From contig JAQUSD010000002.1 of the NCBI GenBank assembly GCA_028715295.1, positions 3,385 through 67,384 of the forward strand: a stretch of DNA of 64,000 nt. The letters are read 5' to 3'. A program made the translations under genes and the position numbers. Under the pieces are notes generated by a model that was not told the origin of the DNA, searched no databases, and worked only from the letters and a program-made list of their open reading frames with translations. Source of the stretch: Candidatus Nanoarchaeia archaeon (GTDB taxonomy: Archaea; Nanobdellota; Nanobdellia; JAQUSD01). Shown here one piece after another: positions 37,548 through 46,631 of this stretch; the first letter of the stretch is position 1, and each line of letters starts with the position of its first letter.

Positions 37548-38281
37548 TGAATTCTCCCACTTTCTTTCAGGTATTCAATTAAAGAACGCTTTTCAACACG
37601 ACTTTTAAGAAAATTGAAAAGTATTAACTGTTCATTTTCTATTTTTGAATGAACAGAAGGTATTATTTTTTCAAGTTTTTCTAAAAAATCATAATACTTC
37701 TTTTCAGAATACAAATCATGCATAACAGCAAGATTATAGCTTATCCCAGCTTCATCAATACTTTTAACTGCACTTATCTGATTGCTTAGGAATTCTTTTT
37801 TTGCTCCTGTTATCTGCTCAAACATGTCAAAGTCAGATGCTTTTATACTAAGCCTTATATGTAGGTTGCTGAATTTAGAGAGTTCCTTGATATATGAGGG
37901 GTCATAACCAAGAAGGATTCCATTTGTTTCAAGAACAAAAAGACATTCAGAAGGAAGGTTCTTAATAACTTCAATAAGATGGTTTCTGCATATTGTTGGT
38001 TCTCCTCCGGATATCCTGCACTTTCCTGTTTTATTTTCAACCATTAATTTAGTTAATTTCCCAGCAACTTCCTTGGGGGAGAAATAATCTCCGTTTGTTT
38101 CAGGATACCATGCTTTATTCTGAGACCAGCAGTATGAACATCTCAAATTACATCCAGCAACATCAGCAGTTGCTATGCCTCCGTACTGTTTTGCAAACCT
38201 AAATCTGTAATATTTCCTTTTATTATCTACGCAGAACTCCTTTTCTATTTTAGCGCTTAATTTCACTGCATCAAAAGCCAT
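37544..38281 (-). CDS. Radical SAM protein (QueE- or activase-like)
   Basis: 245 aa. 'GCNLRCSYCWS' is a CxxxCxxC cluster motif and 'ISGGEP' a SAM-binding motif. Confidence 0.65.
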   Translation of the reverse strand: MAFDAVKLSAKIEKEFCVDNKRKYYRFRFAKQYGGIATADVAGCNLRCSYCWSQNKAWYPETNGDYFSPKEVAGKLTKLMVENKTGKCRISGGEPTICRNHLIEVIKNLPSECLFVLETNGILLGYDPSYIKELSKFSNLHIRLSIKASDFDMFEQITGAKKEFLSNQISAVKSIDEAGISYNLAVMHDLYSEKKYYDFLEKLEKIIPSVHSKIENEQLILFNFLKSRVEKRSLIEYLKESGRIQ

Positions 38282-38323
38282 TATACTAAGGATTAAATAG
38301 TTATAAAATAAAAACTGTTTGAA

Positions 38324-38677
38324 TTATCCCCTTCCATTGTTTTTTAGGAAGTCTTTCATATAACTTATCATATGTTCAATTTTACTAATAATTATCTTTA
38401 AGGTATTTATTTCACTTGAAAAAGCAATCTGTAACTGTATATCTTTTGTTCTCCTTCTTTGATTGTCTACATCTTTCTGTTTTGAATTTGCATGTTCCTT
38501 AAGTGAAATGAGCTGCTTTACCCTATGTTCAGTTCTGTCAAGAACATCTTTTCTTTTTATAGCATCCTCATTTGTTGGCTGGTTATGTCTGTAAAAGGCA
38601 CTAATATCAGTATTATCATCTATTGCTATTTTTTCCACTTGACTAAGATATTCTAATAAATAAGACTGTTCTGCCAT
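38324..38677 (-). CDS. Hypothetical protein
   Basis: 117 aa ORF. Confidence 0.3.
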   Translation of the reverse strand: MAEQSYLLEYLSQVEKIAIDDNTDISAFYRHNQPTNEDAIKRKDVLDRTEHRVKQLISLKEHANSKQKDVDNQRRRTKDIQLQIAFSSEINTLKIIISKIEHMISYMKDFLKNNGRG

Positions 38678-38700
38678 TGTTAGGATTACTTATCAAATAT

Positions 38701-39213
38701 TTATATAGTTTTCTTTAAATAAGATCTGTCTTCAATTATTGCTGAATTCATTTTCCCAAAAATATATGACATAAAAGTTTTAAAATCAGGAATATCTTCT
38801 CTGCTGAAAATTTCTTCAGTAAACTCACGCATCCATAAAGGCACATAATCTTCTCCAAGCCAAACTGTCTCTTCACAGTAATTTCTAAATTCAACAACCC
38901 ATGCATCAAGTTCATGACCTATTTCTGCTGTTGCAATAGAATACTTTGCTAAATCCAACTCAAGAGAAATATCCAGTAAATCATCATTTGTTTTTTCTTC
39001 TAAAGAAGCTCTCTTTAAGTTCTTTAAACATTCAGGCATGGCGTGTTTAATTAAATCCAAGAGTTCATATATATCCTTTTGGAATCTTCTTTCGTATGAC
39101 GTAAATTCAAGCGTTTTATTGAGATCTGCATAATTAATTTTGTTCATAACAATGAAAACACAATTTAATTGGCTTTTAAATGTTTCCATTTGAGAAATTA
39201 AAGGTTCTGCCAT
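38701..39213 (-). CDS. Hypothetical protein
   Basis: 170 aa ORF. Confidence 0.3.
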   Translation of the reverse strand: MAEPLISQMETFKSQLNCVFIVMNKINYADLNKTLEFTSYERRFQKDIYELLDLIKHAMPECLKNLKRASLEEKTNDDLLDISLELDLAKYSIATAEIGHELDAWVVEFRNYCEETVWLGEDYVPLWMREFTEEIFSREDIPDFKTFMSYIFGKMNSAIIEDRSYLKKTI

Positions 39214-39896
39214 TCAATTTCATCGTAATTTAGTATACTCTGTCTGAATCTGAAGGCATCTTCCAAAGCCATTCTTGGACATGCTGTATTAACCCATGAT
39301 TCCACATCAGGAAAATTAATCAAAGAGTCTATCTGAAGTTCGTCAAAAACAAAAATAAATGCCTTTTTTCCTTTTTTTTCAAATTTATTTTTTGTCTCAA
39401 CTGCCACATCTGGATTATACTGTCCTGGTTTTATTGAAACTAGAATCCCTATTTTATCAGAGTGCTTTAACTTGTCAAAAGCAAGAGCTTTTCTCATTCT
39501 ATAAATTTTAATATTTTCATCCGTGATTTTTTTAATTTCATAAGTTTTTGGATTAAACGCAAGAACTGGTGTGTCTGATTCCATCATCACTGCTATGGGA
39601 TGAAACATACCATCTCCAATATAAATCACAACATCTGCTTTGTTTTTTAAAGCAGCTTCTGCATCACAACCAAGAACCTGTCCTTTATACTTAGCATGTT
39701 TTAAGGACTTTGAAACAATGACTTTTTTGTTGTTTTCTTTTAAAAAATCTTCTATTAAACCGATAATATCAAGATACTGTACTGTTGAAACAATGGTTAC
39801 AGATTCATAATTTTTAATCTCCTTAAGAATGTTTTCCTTAGCATCTTCCCTGAAAACCCAGTCTTTAAGCCTGCACTCAACAAACAAAACTTCCAT
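39198..39896 (-). CDS. dph2: Diphthamide synthesis Dph2-like protein lacking the first domain
   Basis: 'VVIYIGDGMFHP' and 'NTACPR' Dph2 motifs. The coding-like sequence begins at MEVLFVEC (39896). The rest of the track ORF, up to 40169, is low-complexity and overlaps purF. Confidence 0.55.
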   Translation of the reverse strand: MEVLFVECRLKDWVFREDAKENILKEIKNYESVTIVSTVQYLDIIGLIEDFLKENNKKVIVSKSLKHAKYKGQVLGCDAEAALKNKADVVIYIGDGMFHPIAVMMESDTPVLAFNPKTYEIKKITDENIKIYRMRKALAFDKLKHSDKIGILVSIKPGQYNPDVAVETKNKFEKKGKKAFIFVFDELQIDSLINFPDVESWVNTACPRMALEDAFRFRQSILNYDEIEWQNL

Positions 39897-39999
39897 TTTC
39901 CATATTAATAAACAGCCATTATTAAAAACGTTTTCAATACTACAAAACAATGCTTTCAAAAGCAAAAACATATTAAAAACAGGATAAATTTCTTTTATT

Positions 40000-41586
40000 A
40001 TGGAGCACGCAGAATATTTAGCTGAACTGCTTGACAAGCCCCATGAAGAATGTGGGGTTGTAGGCGTAATTCTTGATAATAATTCTGCTTCTGAAAAATT
40101 ATATCTTGGCATGCAGGGTGTCCAGCACAGGGGGGAACTTGGTGCAGGCATGTCAGTTTCAAACGGCAATGAAATAAATACTTACAAAGATGTTGGGTTA
40201 GTTACTGATATTTTCCAGCCTAAAAAACTTGAGGAAATGATAGGTTATTCAGGCATAGGACACACAAGATATGCAACAACTGCAACGGGCAGGGAAAGCA
40301 GTAAAAAGGATGCTGTAAAAAAACTCCATCCTTTTGAAGGAAAAATAAAAGGGCAGAATCCTTTTGGAAGCGGAAGAAAAAAACTGTTCTCAGTTGCATT
40401 TAACGGCACAATCACTAATTACACAAAGCTTAGAAAAGAACTGAAAAAGTATGGTTTTGAAACAGATACTGACACTGAAGTTATAAAATGCCTTATCGAA
40501 GAGGGGTATGATATTTCAAAAGATATTCTTGATTCGCTTGCTTATGCATATATGAAACTTGAAGGGGCATATTCAATTGTTCTTGTTGACAGAGAAGGAA
40601 ATCTGTACGCTATGAAGGATGGACATGGATTCAAACCATTATGTATTGGTGAAATAAGCAATAAAGAAGAAAAAGGTTATATATTCGCTTCTGAAAGCAG
40701 AGCTGTTGATTTTCTAGATGCAAAATTGATAAGGGAAATTGAACCAGGTGAAATAGTTAAGATAACTAAAAATATGGAGGTTAAGTCATCTTATATGATT
40801 AAGAAAAAAAAATCCTTATGTTTTTTTGAATATGTTTATTTCGCATCTCCTGATTCAGTTATCGAAGGAGTCAATGTAAACAATGTTAGAGTGAGACTTG
40901 GAAAGAATTTATGGAAAGAAATGCCTATGGACATTGAAACTGGTGAAAAAGATAAGAACTGGAGGGTTATCCCAGTTCCTGACTCAGGACGTTCCTCTGC
41001 ATCAGGTTATGCGGGTGAGGGAAAATTGAAAAAAAGAGAAGGTTTAATGAGAAATAGATATTATCCAAAAAGAACATTCATAAATGGAAACCCTGATGAA
41101 AGAAAAAATGCTGCTAAATCAAAATCACAAAAATACAATGTTATCAAAGAAGTGGTTGAAGGCAAGGATGTTATTCTTGTTGATGATTCTATAGTAAGAG
41201 GTAATACTATGCATAATATAATAAACAGAATAAAAGATGCTGGTGCGAATAGCGTTCACCTTAAAATAAGCTGTCCTCCAATAAGACATCCCTGTTACAT
41301 GGGTATTGATTTTCCAACACATGAACAGCTCATTGCAAATAATCCAAAAGTAATTGGAGAAGGAAATCCTATTCAGATATACGAAAAAGATGTTGATGAA
41401 ATTTGCAGTGAAATTGGTGCTGATTCTCTGCAATACATTTCACTTGAAGGGCTTCTGAACGCAATAAAAGGAGATGTAAGGGAAATATCTGATTGCAGTT
41501 TATGCCTGGCTTGCTTGACAGGGGAATATCCCTGTAAAATTGAAAATGAACTTCTTGATAAAGTTGAGTATGTAAAAAAGGAATGA
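40000..41586 (+). CDS. purF: Amidophosphoribosyltransferase (PurF-type Ntn glutamine amidotransferase plus PRTase)
   Basis: 528 aa. Propeptide then 'CGVVGV' nucleophile, 'GIGHTRYATT', and the PRPP motif 'VILVDDSIVRGNTM'. C-terminal Cys cluster. Confidence 0.75.
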   Translation: MEHAEYLAELLDKPHEECGVVGVILDNNSASEKLYLGMQGVQHRGELGAGMSVSNGNEINTYKDVGLVTDIFQPKKLEEMIGYSGIGHTRYATTATGRESSKKDAVKKLHPFEGKIKGQNPFGSGRKKLFSVAFNGTITNYTKLRKELKKYGFETDTDTEVIKCLIEEGYDISKDILDSLAYAYMKLEGAYSIVLVDREGNLYAMKDGHGFKPLCIGEISNKEEKGYIFASESRAVDFLDAKLIREIEPGEIVKITKNMEVKSSYMIKKKKSLCFFEYVYFASPDSVIEGVNVNNVRVRLGKNLWKEMPMDIETGEKDKNWRVIPVPDSGRSSASGYAGEGKLKKREGLMRNRYYPKRTFINGNPDERKNAAKSKSQKYNVIKEVVEGKDVILVDDSIVRGNTMHNIINRIKDAGANSVHLKISCPPIRHPCYMGIDFPTHEQLIANNPKVIGEGNPIQIYEKDVDEICSEIGADSLQYISLEGLLNAIKGDVREISDCSLCLACLTGEYPCKIENELLDKVEYVKKE

Positions 41587-41616
41587 TTTATAATCAATTA
41601 GATTTTTGATACTATT

Positions 41617-42369
41617 ATGGTTTGGAAATTAATCATGTCAAAGGACGGAAGGACATATACATATAATACTGATGAGATCAAAAAGGATTTTCATACTGAT
41701 TTTGGGGTTATTACAAAAAAAGATATGATTAATGCAAAGTTTGGTAGAAAAATAAAAACGCACAAGGGTGTTGAATTCAGTGTGATTGAGCCCACTATTA
41801 AAGATTTACTTGCAAGGTTCAAAAGAGGACCTCAGATAGTTACATTTAAAGACTCTGCAATAATTGCAGCATATACAGGGCTTAAGCCAGGTATGAAAGT
41901 GGTTGACGGAGGTGCTGGTTCTGGTGTTCTTGCTTCTTTTCTTGGGAATCTTGTAAGCCCTAACGGCAAGGTAATAACTTATGAAATAAGAGAAGATTTT
42001 TCTAAAATTGCAAAACATAATGTAAAAATAGCAGGACTAGAGAGGATTGTTAAAGTTAAGAATAAAGACATGTCAAAGGGAATTGATGAAAAAAATGTTG
42101 ATTTAGTAACAGTTGATGTTAAATCTCCGTGGGAAATTGTTGAACCTGCGAAGAAAGCCCTAAAAGTAGGGGGTTTTCTTGTTGCTTATATACCTACTGT
42201 TCTTCAGGTTGATGACTTTGTAAGAGAAGTAAATAAACATAAGGAATTGAAATATCTCAGGACAATTGAAATAATAGAGCGGGGCTGGAAGATTGAAGAA
42301 AGGGTTCTTCGCCCAATGAGCCAGATGCTTGCACACACCGGGTTTCTTATTTTTGTAAGAAAGTTATAG
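41617..42369 (+). CDS. trmI: tRNA (adenine-N1)-methyltransferase TrmI/Gcd14-like
   Basis: 250 aa. 'GMKVVDGGAGSGVLASFL' SAM motif and overall TrmI-like layout. Confidence 0.7.
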   Translation: MVWKLIMSKDGRTYTYNTDEIKKDFHTDFGVITKKDMINAKFGRKIKTHKGVEFSVIEPTIKDLLARFKRGPQIVTFKDSAIIAAYTGLKPGMKVVDGGAGSGVLASFLGNLVSPNGKVITYEIREDFSKIAKHNVKIAGLERIVKVKNKDMSKGIDEKNVDLVTVDVKSPWEIVEPAKKALKVGGFLVAYIPTVLQVDDFVREVNKHKELKYLRTIEIIERGWKIEERVLRPMSQMLAHTGFLIFVRKL

Positions 42370-42681
42370 CTGTTCTGTGTGATAATTTTTTAAATGAGTG
42401 TAATCTGATGGTACTGCCACTACCATTTCATGGGGTGATATAATCCTTAGTTCAGTGCGTTCATTTGCAAAAGCAATAATTTCAACATTATTCAAGTCAA
42501 GAACAAAGTAATTGAAATGGAGATTGTTTTCAATGAGATATTCATGCACATGTGCTGTAATCTGTTCAATGTCATCTGCATCCAATGGTTTTCCTTTCTT
42601 GATGTTGTTGAGCATAATCTCTTTTTCTCTTGCAGGTATTTCAGGCTGTGTTAATTTATCAAGAACCTCATTAATAGACAT
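42364..42681 (-). CDS. Hypothetical protein
   Basis: 105 aa ORF. Confidence 0.3.
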   Translation of the reverse strand: MSINEVLDKLTQPEIPAREKEIMLNNIKKGKPLDADDIEQITAHVHEYLIENNLHFNYFVLDLNNVEIIAFANERTELRIISPHEMVVAVPSDYTHLKNYHTEQL

Positions 42682-42746
42682 ACTTAAAAATTAGGACTTA
42701 AAACTTAAAATATTATCGGACAGACATGTCATTTACCCAATGGGCT

Positions 42747-42755
42747 TATAAATAT
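42747..42755 (+). promoter_or_regulatory. TATA box (TTATAAATA) 24-32 nt upstream of the radA ATG, so the transcript is likely leaderless
   Basis: Seen in the sequence. Flanked by the inverted repeat GGACAGA (42718-42724) / TCTGTCC (42767-42773). Confidence 0.4.
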
Positions 42756-42778
42756 TTACTTGTTAATCTGTCCTGAAC

Positions 42779-44050
42779 ATGACAAAAAAAATAAATCTTT
42801 CAGAAGAAGACAAGCTGATATTTGGTGATGCAGCTGCATTCTTATCAAGAAAAATAGATGAGGGTATTGTTAACCTTGAAAAAGAGGATGTTATTGAGTT
42901 TATTGATATGATTAATGAAATGTATAAAGTAGATTTAAAAGAAGAGATTAAAACAAATGAGAACATATCTTATCTTTTAAATGAATTATTCAAACTTGGC
43001 AATGAAGAAGCGATTGTGCAGATAGACGAACTTCTTTATGAAGAAACTGATAAGAAGAAAAAAGAAGAAAAAAGTGAAGTCGTTGCATTCGCAGGAGATT
43101 CCATATGTACTGTGAGTATAGACCAGATTCCGGGCGTGGGTGAAAAAACAGCTGAAAAGTTAAGGGATGCAGGTTACCATGATTTAATGGCTCTCGCAAC
43201 AGCACCAGTAAGTTTTCTTGTTGATGAATGCGGACTTGGGGAAGCAACTGCAAGGAAAATTATTCAGGAAGCTAGAGGAAAACTTAACATGGGTTTTGGG
43301 ACAGCAATGGATTTGCTGAAAAAGAGAGAAGCAGTAGGTTATATAACTACATGTTCTAAAGCGCTTGATGATTTGCTTGGAGGCAAGGGTGTTGAAACCC
43401 AGTCAATAACAGAAGCAGCTGCTTCATTTGGAAGTGGTAAAACACAACTGGGATTGCAACTTGCCGTTAATGTTACAATGCCTAAGGAAAGAGGGGGATT
43501 GGATGGCATTGCAGTTTACATTGACAATGAAAATACTTTCAGACCTGAAAGAATTGTCCAGATTGCAAAAGCACTAAAGATAGATGCAAAATCAGCACTT
43601 GAAAACATAAAAGTTGCAAGAGCATATTCTTCTGACCACCAGATGCTTCTTGTTGAGAAGATACCTGACCTTATTGAAAAAGAAAAGCTAAATGTTAAAT
43701 TAATAATTATAGACTCCTTAACAGGACTTTTTAGAGCAGAGTATATGGGGAGGGGGCATCTTGCTGATAGACAGCAGAAGCTGAATAAACATCTTCATGA
43801 CTTGCAGAGAATGGCTGACAGGTATAATCTTGCAATTTTTGTTACAAACCAAGTTATGTCAAGACCTGATGTTTTCTTTGGTAACCCTGAGGCAGCAATC
43901 GGCGGTAATATAGTAGCACACGCTTCAACATTCAGGATGATTTTTAGAAAATCCAGAGGGGATAAAAGAGTTGCAAAACTTATAGATTCACCAAACCTTC
44001 CGGACGGAGAAGCTGTTTTCAGAGTGTGTGAAGAAGGGATTAGGGATTAA
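42779..44050 (+). CDS. radA: RadA recombinase with a ~100-aa N-terminal extension
   Basis: 423 aa. HhH region 'IPGVGEKTAEKLRDAGY', Walker A 'GSGKTQLG', Walker B 'LIIIDS'. Confidence 0.85.
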   Translation: MTKKINLSEEDKLIFGDAAAFLSRKIDEGIVNLEKEDVIEFIDMINEMYKVDLKEEIKTNENISYLLNELFKLGNEEAIVQIDELLYEETDKKKKEEKSEVVAFAGDSICTVSIDQIPGVGEKTAEKLRDAGYHDLMALATAPVSFLVDECGLGEATARKIIQEARGKLNMGFGTAMDLLKKREAVGYITTCSKALDDLLGGKGVETQSITEAAASFGSGKTQLGLQLAVNVTMPKERGGLDGIAVYIDNENTFRPERIVQIAKALKIDAKSALENIKVARAYSSDHQMLLVEKIPDLIEKEKLNVKLIIIDSLTGLFRAEYMGRGHLADRQQKLNKHLHDLQRMADRYNLAIFVTNQVMSRPDVFFGNPEAAIGGNIVAHASTFRMIFRKSRGDKRVAKLIDSPNLPDGEAVFRVCEEGIRD

Positions 44051-44108
44051 CGCCTCCTCAGTAAAATAATGTAATTTAAATAATTTTGCCTGCATTAAAG
44101 ATAACTGT

Positions 44109-45989
44109 ATGAAGGTGGAAAAAAGTGAATCTAAGAATGTTGCCTATAAAACAACATTAGATAAAACAAGATACACTGAACTTCAAGAACATGAGAAATT
44201 AAGAGAGGATTTCTTAGGTGAAAAGGCTGTTGAAGGGTACAATTCATCAAAAGATGTTATTGCATCTATAAGAAACATAGGTGAATGCCTGAGAGATATA
44301 CATAAAAAAACTTTTGAAAAAGAAAAAGATATTGGACTTGAAGATAAATTATCAACAGCAAAGCGTGTTGTTATGACTATTTTAAAGGATGACAGATATG
44401 AGGAAGTAGGTAATTTTAAAGAATACTGTAATGCATTAAGAAGGATTGGTGATATTTTAGACACTTACAAAGAAGATGTTCTTGAAATTGTCAAAGTGCA
44501 GAAAAAAGAAAACGGTGATTCGTTTAATCTTGCAAAATGTGTTGCAACTCCTGATGAGTGGTGGACGCTGGAAAATTTTCTAAGGGGGGAACTTATTGGA
44601 GAACAGATAAGGGGTGTTATCGAAGAGCTTATTGATACATATAACAAACTTTACAGAAAAGTAAGTAATTTTTTTGAAAAGGAATGGTTTTTTAAAAAAA
44701 TAACAAATGTGTGGGAAGAGTATGTTCTTCTTTCAGTAATAAAGGAGATAGACTTAGGAGATGCTGAAAATACTGGTGGTGAAGTGAGCAGTTCTGAATT
44801 TGCAAATATCAAGGAGTATATGCACAATGCAAAAATTCTCGCAGGAGAAGATTCAAATCCAGAAAATATGATAAATAAATTTATTGATTTTGTAAGATCT
44901 GTCAAAGATGGTCTTTCTGAACCTATTGAAGATTTCAGAAAAAAATTATATGCCCACAACGGCTGTGAGGGCAATTACAATAAAACAGAGGATTTCACTA
45001 TTGATGAAATTGTTGAATTAGATGAAATAGAATATGGATCCAAAATAAAAAAAGAAGTAAAAGGACTTGAAAGAGAAGTTGAAGAAAGACGGCATGCTCT
45101 TGTCAAGGAGATAATAAAAAAAGACTGGAGCAATGATGAGTGTATAAAAAAAATGATCAAATTTAGGGTTGAGACAACGCCGTGGAGAATATACCCGGTT
45201 TTGGATGTTGGTGCTTCATTTGGAAGAGCTTTTCTTGTTGCATATAAAGGAGATTCTGTAAATACGGAGTGGGATGACTTAATTGGTATAGATAATGTAA
45301 AAGAAGAGCTGGAGAGATATATCCCTCTATTCATGTCAGGAACAACACAAAGAAAGACATTACTACTTCACGGCCCTCCTGGAACAGGGAAAACATCAGG
45401 TATGTCCGCAGCTGCTAAAAAATACGGTTTTAAGGTGGTAAACGTAAAATCCGCTGACATGATATGGAATGCTGTGGATATGGTAAGCCAGCTCGATGGA
45501 CATTTTATAATTCTTCTTGATGATATGCCTGACTTAGACGAATCAACCCAGTACCAGGCGCAACAGGAATTCCAAAGTTTATTAACCTCAGCAGGGGGTA
45601 TCAAGGAAATACCTGAGAATGTTGCAATTGCAATAGCACTGAACATTAAAAAAGATAAAGGATTAAGCAGAAAGCTCCTCAGAAGATTTGCACTTAAGCT
45701 TGAATTTCCAAGTCCAACAGAAGAAGATATAAAAAAGATTTACAAACATTACTTTAAAAAATATGGATATCTCAACTTTAAAGATGGTTTTGTAGGTATT
45801 ATTGAAAATGAAAAAATTAATATGCGTGAACTTGCGAACGTTTCAAAAGAACTTCTACCTGCAGAAATAAAAACAATAGTTGACAGCATTGTTGAGAATG
45901 AATTCAGTACACAAAAAGAAATGGTGGACTACATAAAACGTGAAAATGATAATATCCAGACAACTGCTGAAAAAACAATGTATGGCTAA
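44109..45989 (+). CDS. AAA+ ATPase of the clamp-loader clade (RFC-like) with a ~400-aa uncharacterised N-terminal region
   Basis: 626 aa. C-terminal AAA+ module with Walker A 'LLLHGPPGTGKTS', 'VNVKSAD' (like RFC 'ELNASD'), Walker B 'FIILLDD', sensor-1 'IALN' and an 'LRRF' Arg-finger-like motif. Confidence 0.55.
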   Translation: MKVEKSESKNVAYKTTLDKTRYTELQEHEKLREDFLGEKAVEGYNSSKDVIASIRNIGECLRDIHKKTFEKEKDIGLEDKLSTAKRVVMTILKDDRYEEVGNFKEYCNALRRIGDILDTYKEDVLEIVKVQKKENGDSFNLAKCVATPDEWWTLENFLRGELIGEQIRGVIEELIDTYNKLYRKVSNFFEKEWFFKKITNVWEEYVLLSVIKEIDLGDAENTGGEVSSSEFANIKEYMHNAKILAGEDSNPENMINKFIDFVRSVKDGLSEPIEDFRKKLYAHNGCEGNYNKTEDFTIDEIVELDEIEYGSKIKKEVKGLEREVEERRHALVKEIIKKDWSNDECIKKMIKFRVETTPWRIYPVLDVGASFGRAFLVAYKGDSVNTEWDDLIGIDNVKEELERYIPLFMSGTTQRKTLLLHGPPGTGKTSGMSAAAKKYGFKVVNVKSADMIWNAVDMVSQLDGHFIILLDDMPDLDESTQYQAQQEFQSLLTSAGGIKEIPENVAIAIALNIKKDKGLSRKLLRRFALKLEFPSPTEEDIKKIYKHYFKKYGYLNFKDGFVGIIENEKINMRELANVSKELLPAEIKTIVDSIVENEFSTQKEMVDYIKRENDNIQTTAEKTMYG

Positions 45990-46540
45990 ACAAAGCTTTT
46001 TTGTAGCAGCTTGTTCATTTTATTTACAATATCAAAATATTTCTCGTGTATCAAAAGTCTGTCATAATTTAAAAACTCATTAAGCATATTATTCTGTTCT
46101 TCTTCAGTAAAGTAATTTATGAAAGGAAAGAAAAACTGTTTGTCTTCTTTATCTATATGCATTGGATAAAATTTAACCAGTGCATTAAGTATGTCAATTA
46201 TATCCCTTATTGCCTGTCTGTCTTTGTTGAAATATCTCTCATTTGCTTCAACAAGCTGTTTAACCTTAAGTCTTGCAAATTTATGTTCTTTGATAAGCTG
46301 AACAACAACACCTTTGTGGACGTCTGCAATTTTCTTTTTTTGAAGAGCCTTAAAGAATATACCCTCTTCTTTGCCATGATGGCACTTATCTGTGTATGTC
46401 TGCATAAAATCAACAGATATCTCAATAAAAGCGGGGTGGATTTTATTTGTTTTTTCAATATATTGGAGTTCTTTTTTGAAAAGGGCAATTACCTTTTCAA
46501 TAATCCTGTGTTCCTGCATCAAAAGACTTATTGGCTTCAT
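45986..46540 (-). CDS. Hemerythrin-like (HHE) domain protein
   Basis: 184 aa. 'LLMQEHRIIE' and 'CHHGKEEGIFF' are H/E metal-ligand motifs. Confidence 0.45.
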   Translation of the reverse strand: MKPISLLMQEHRIIEKVIALFKKELQYIEKTNKIHPAFIEISVDFMQTYTDKCHHGKEEGIFFKALQKKKIADVHKGVVVQLIKEHKFARLKVKQLVEANERYFNKDRQAIRDIIDILNALVKFYPMHIDKEDKQFFFPFINYFTEEEQNNMLNEFLNYDRLLIHEKYFDIVNKMNKLLQKSFV

Positions 46541-46631
46541 TGTTAATTTAATATCACTTGTTATTTTTAACTTTACTGATTGTACTATATTTATGAACTA
46601 ATTTAAATATAAAAAACTCTTTATAATTTTT

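Noticed and set aside
39897-40169. Upstream extension of the Dph2 ORF (MPFETDMPAPSSP...)
   Set aside because: It is low-complexity and non-protein-like, overlaps the purF start on the other strand and crosses an AT-rich promoter-like spacer. I treated 39896 as the real start.
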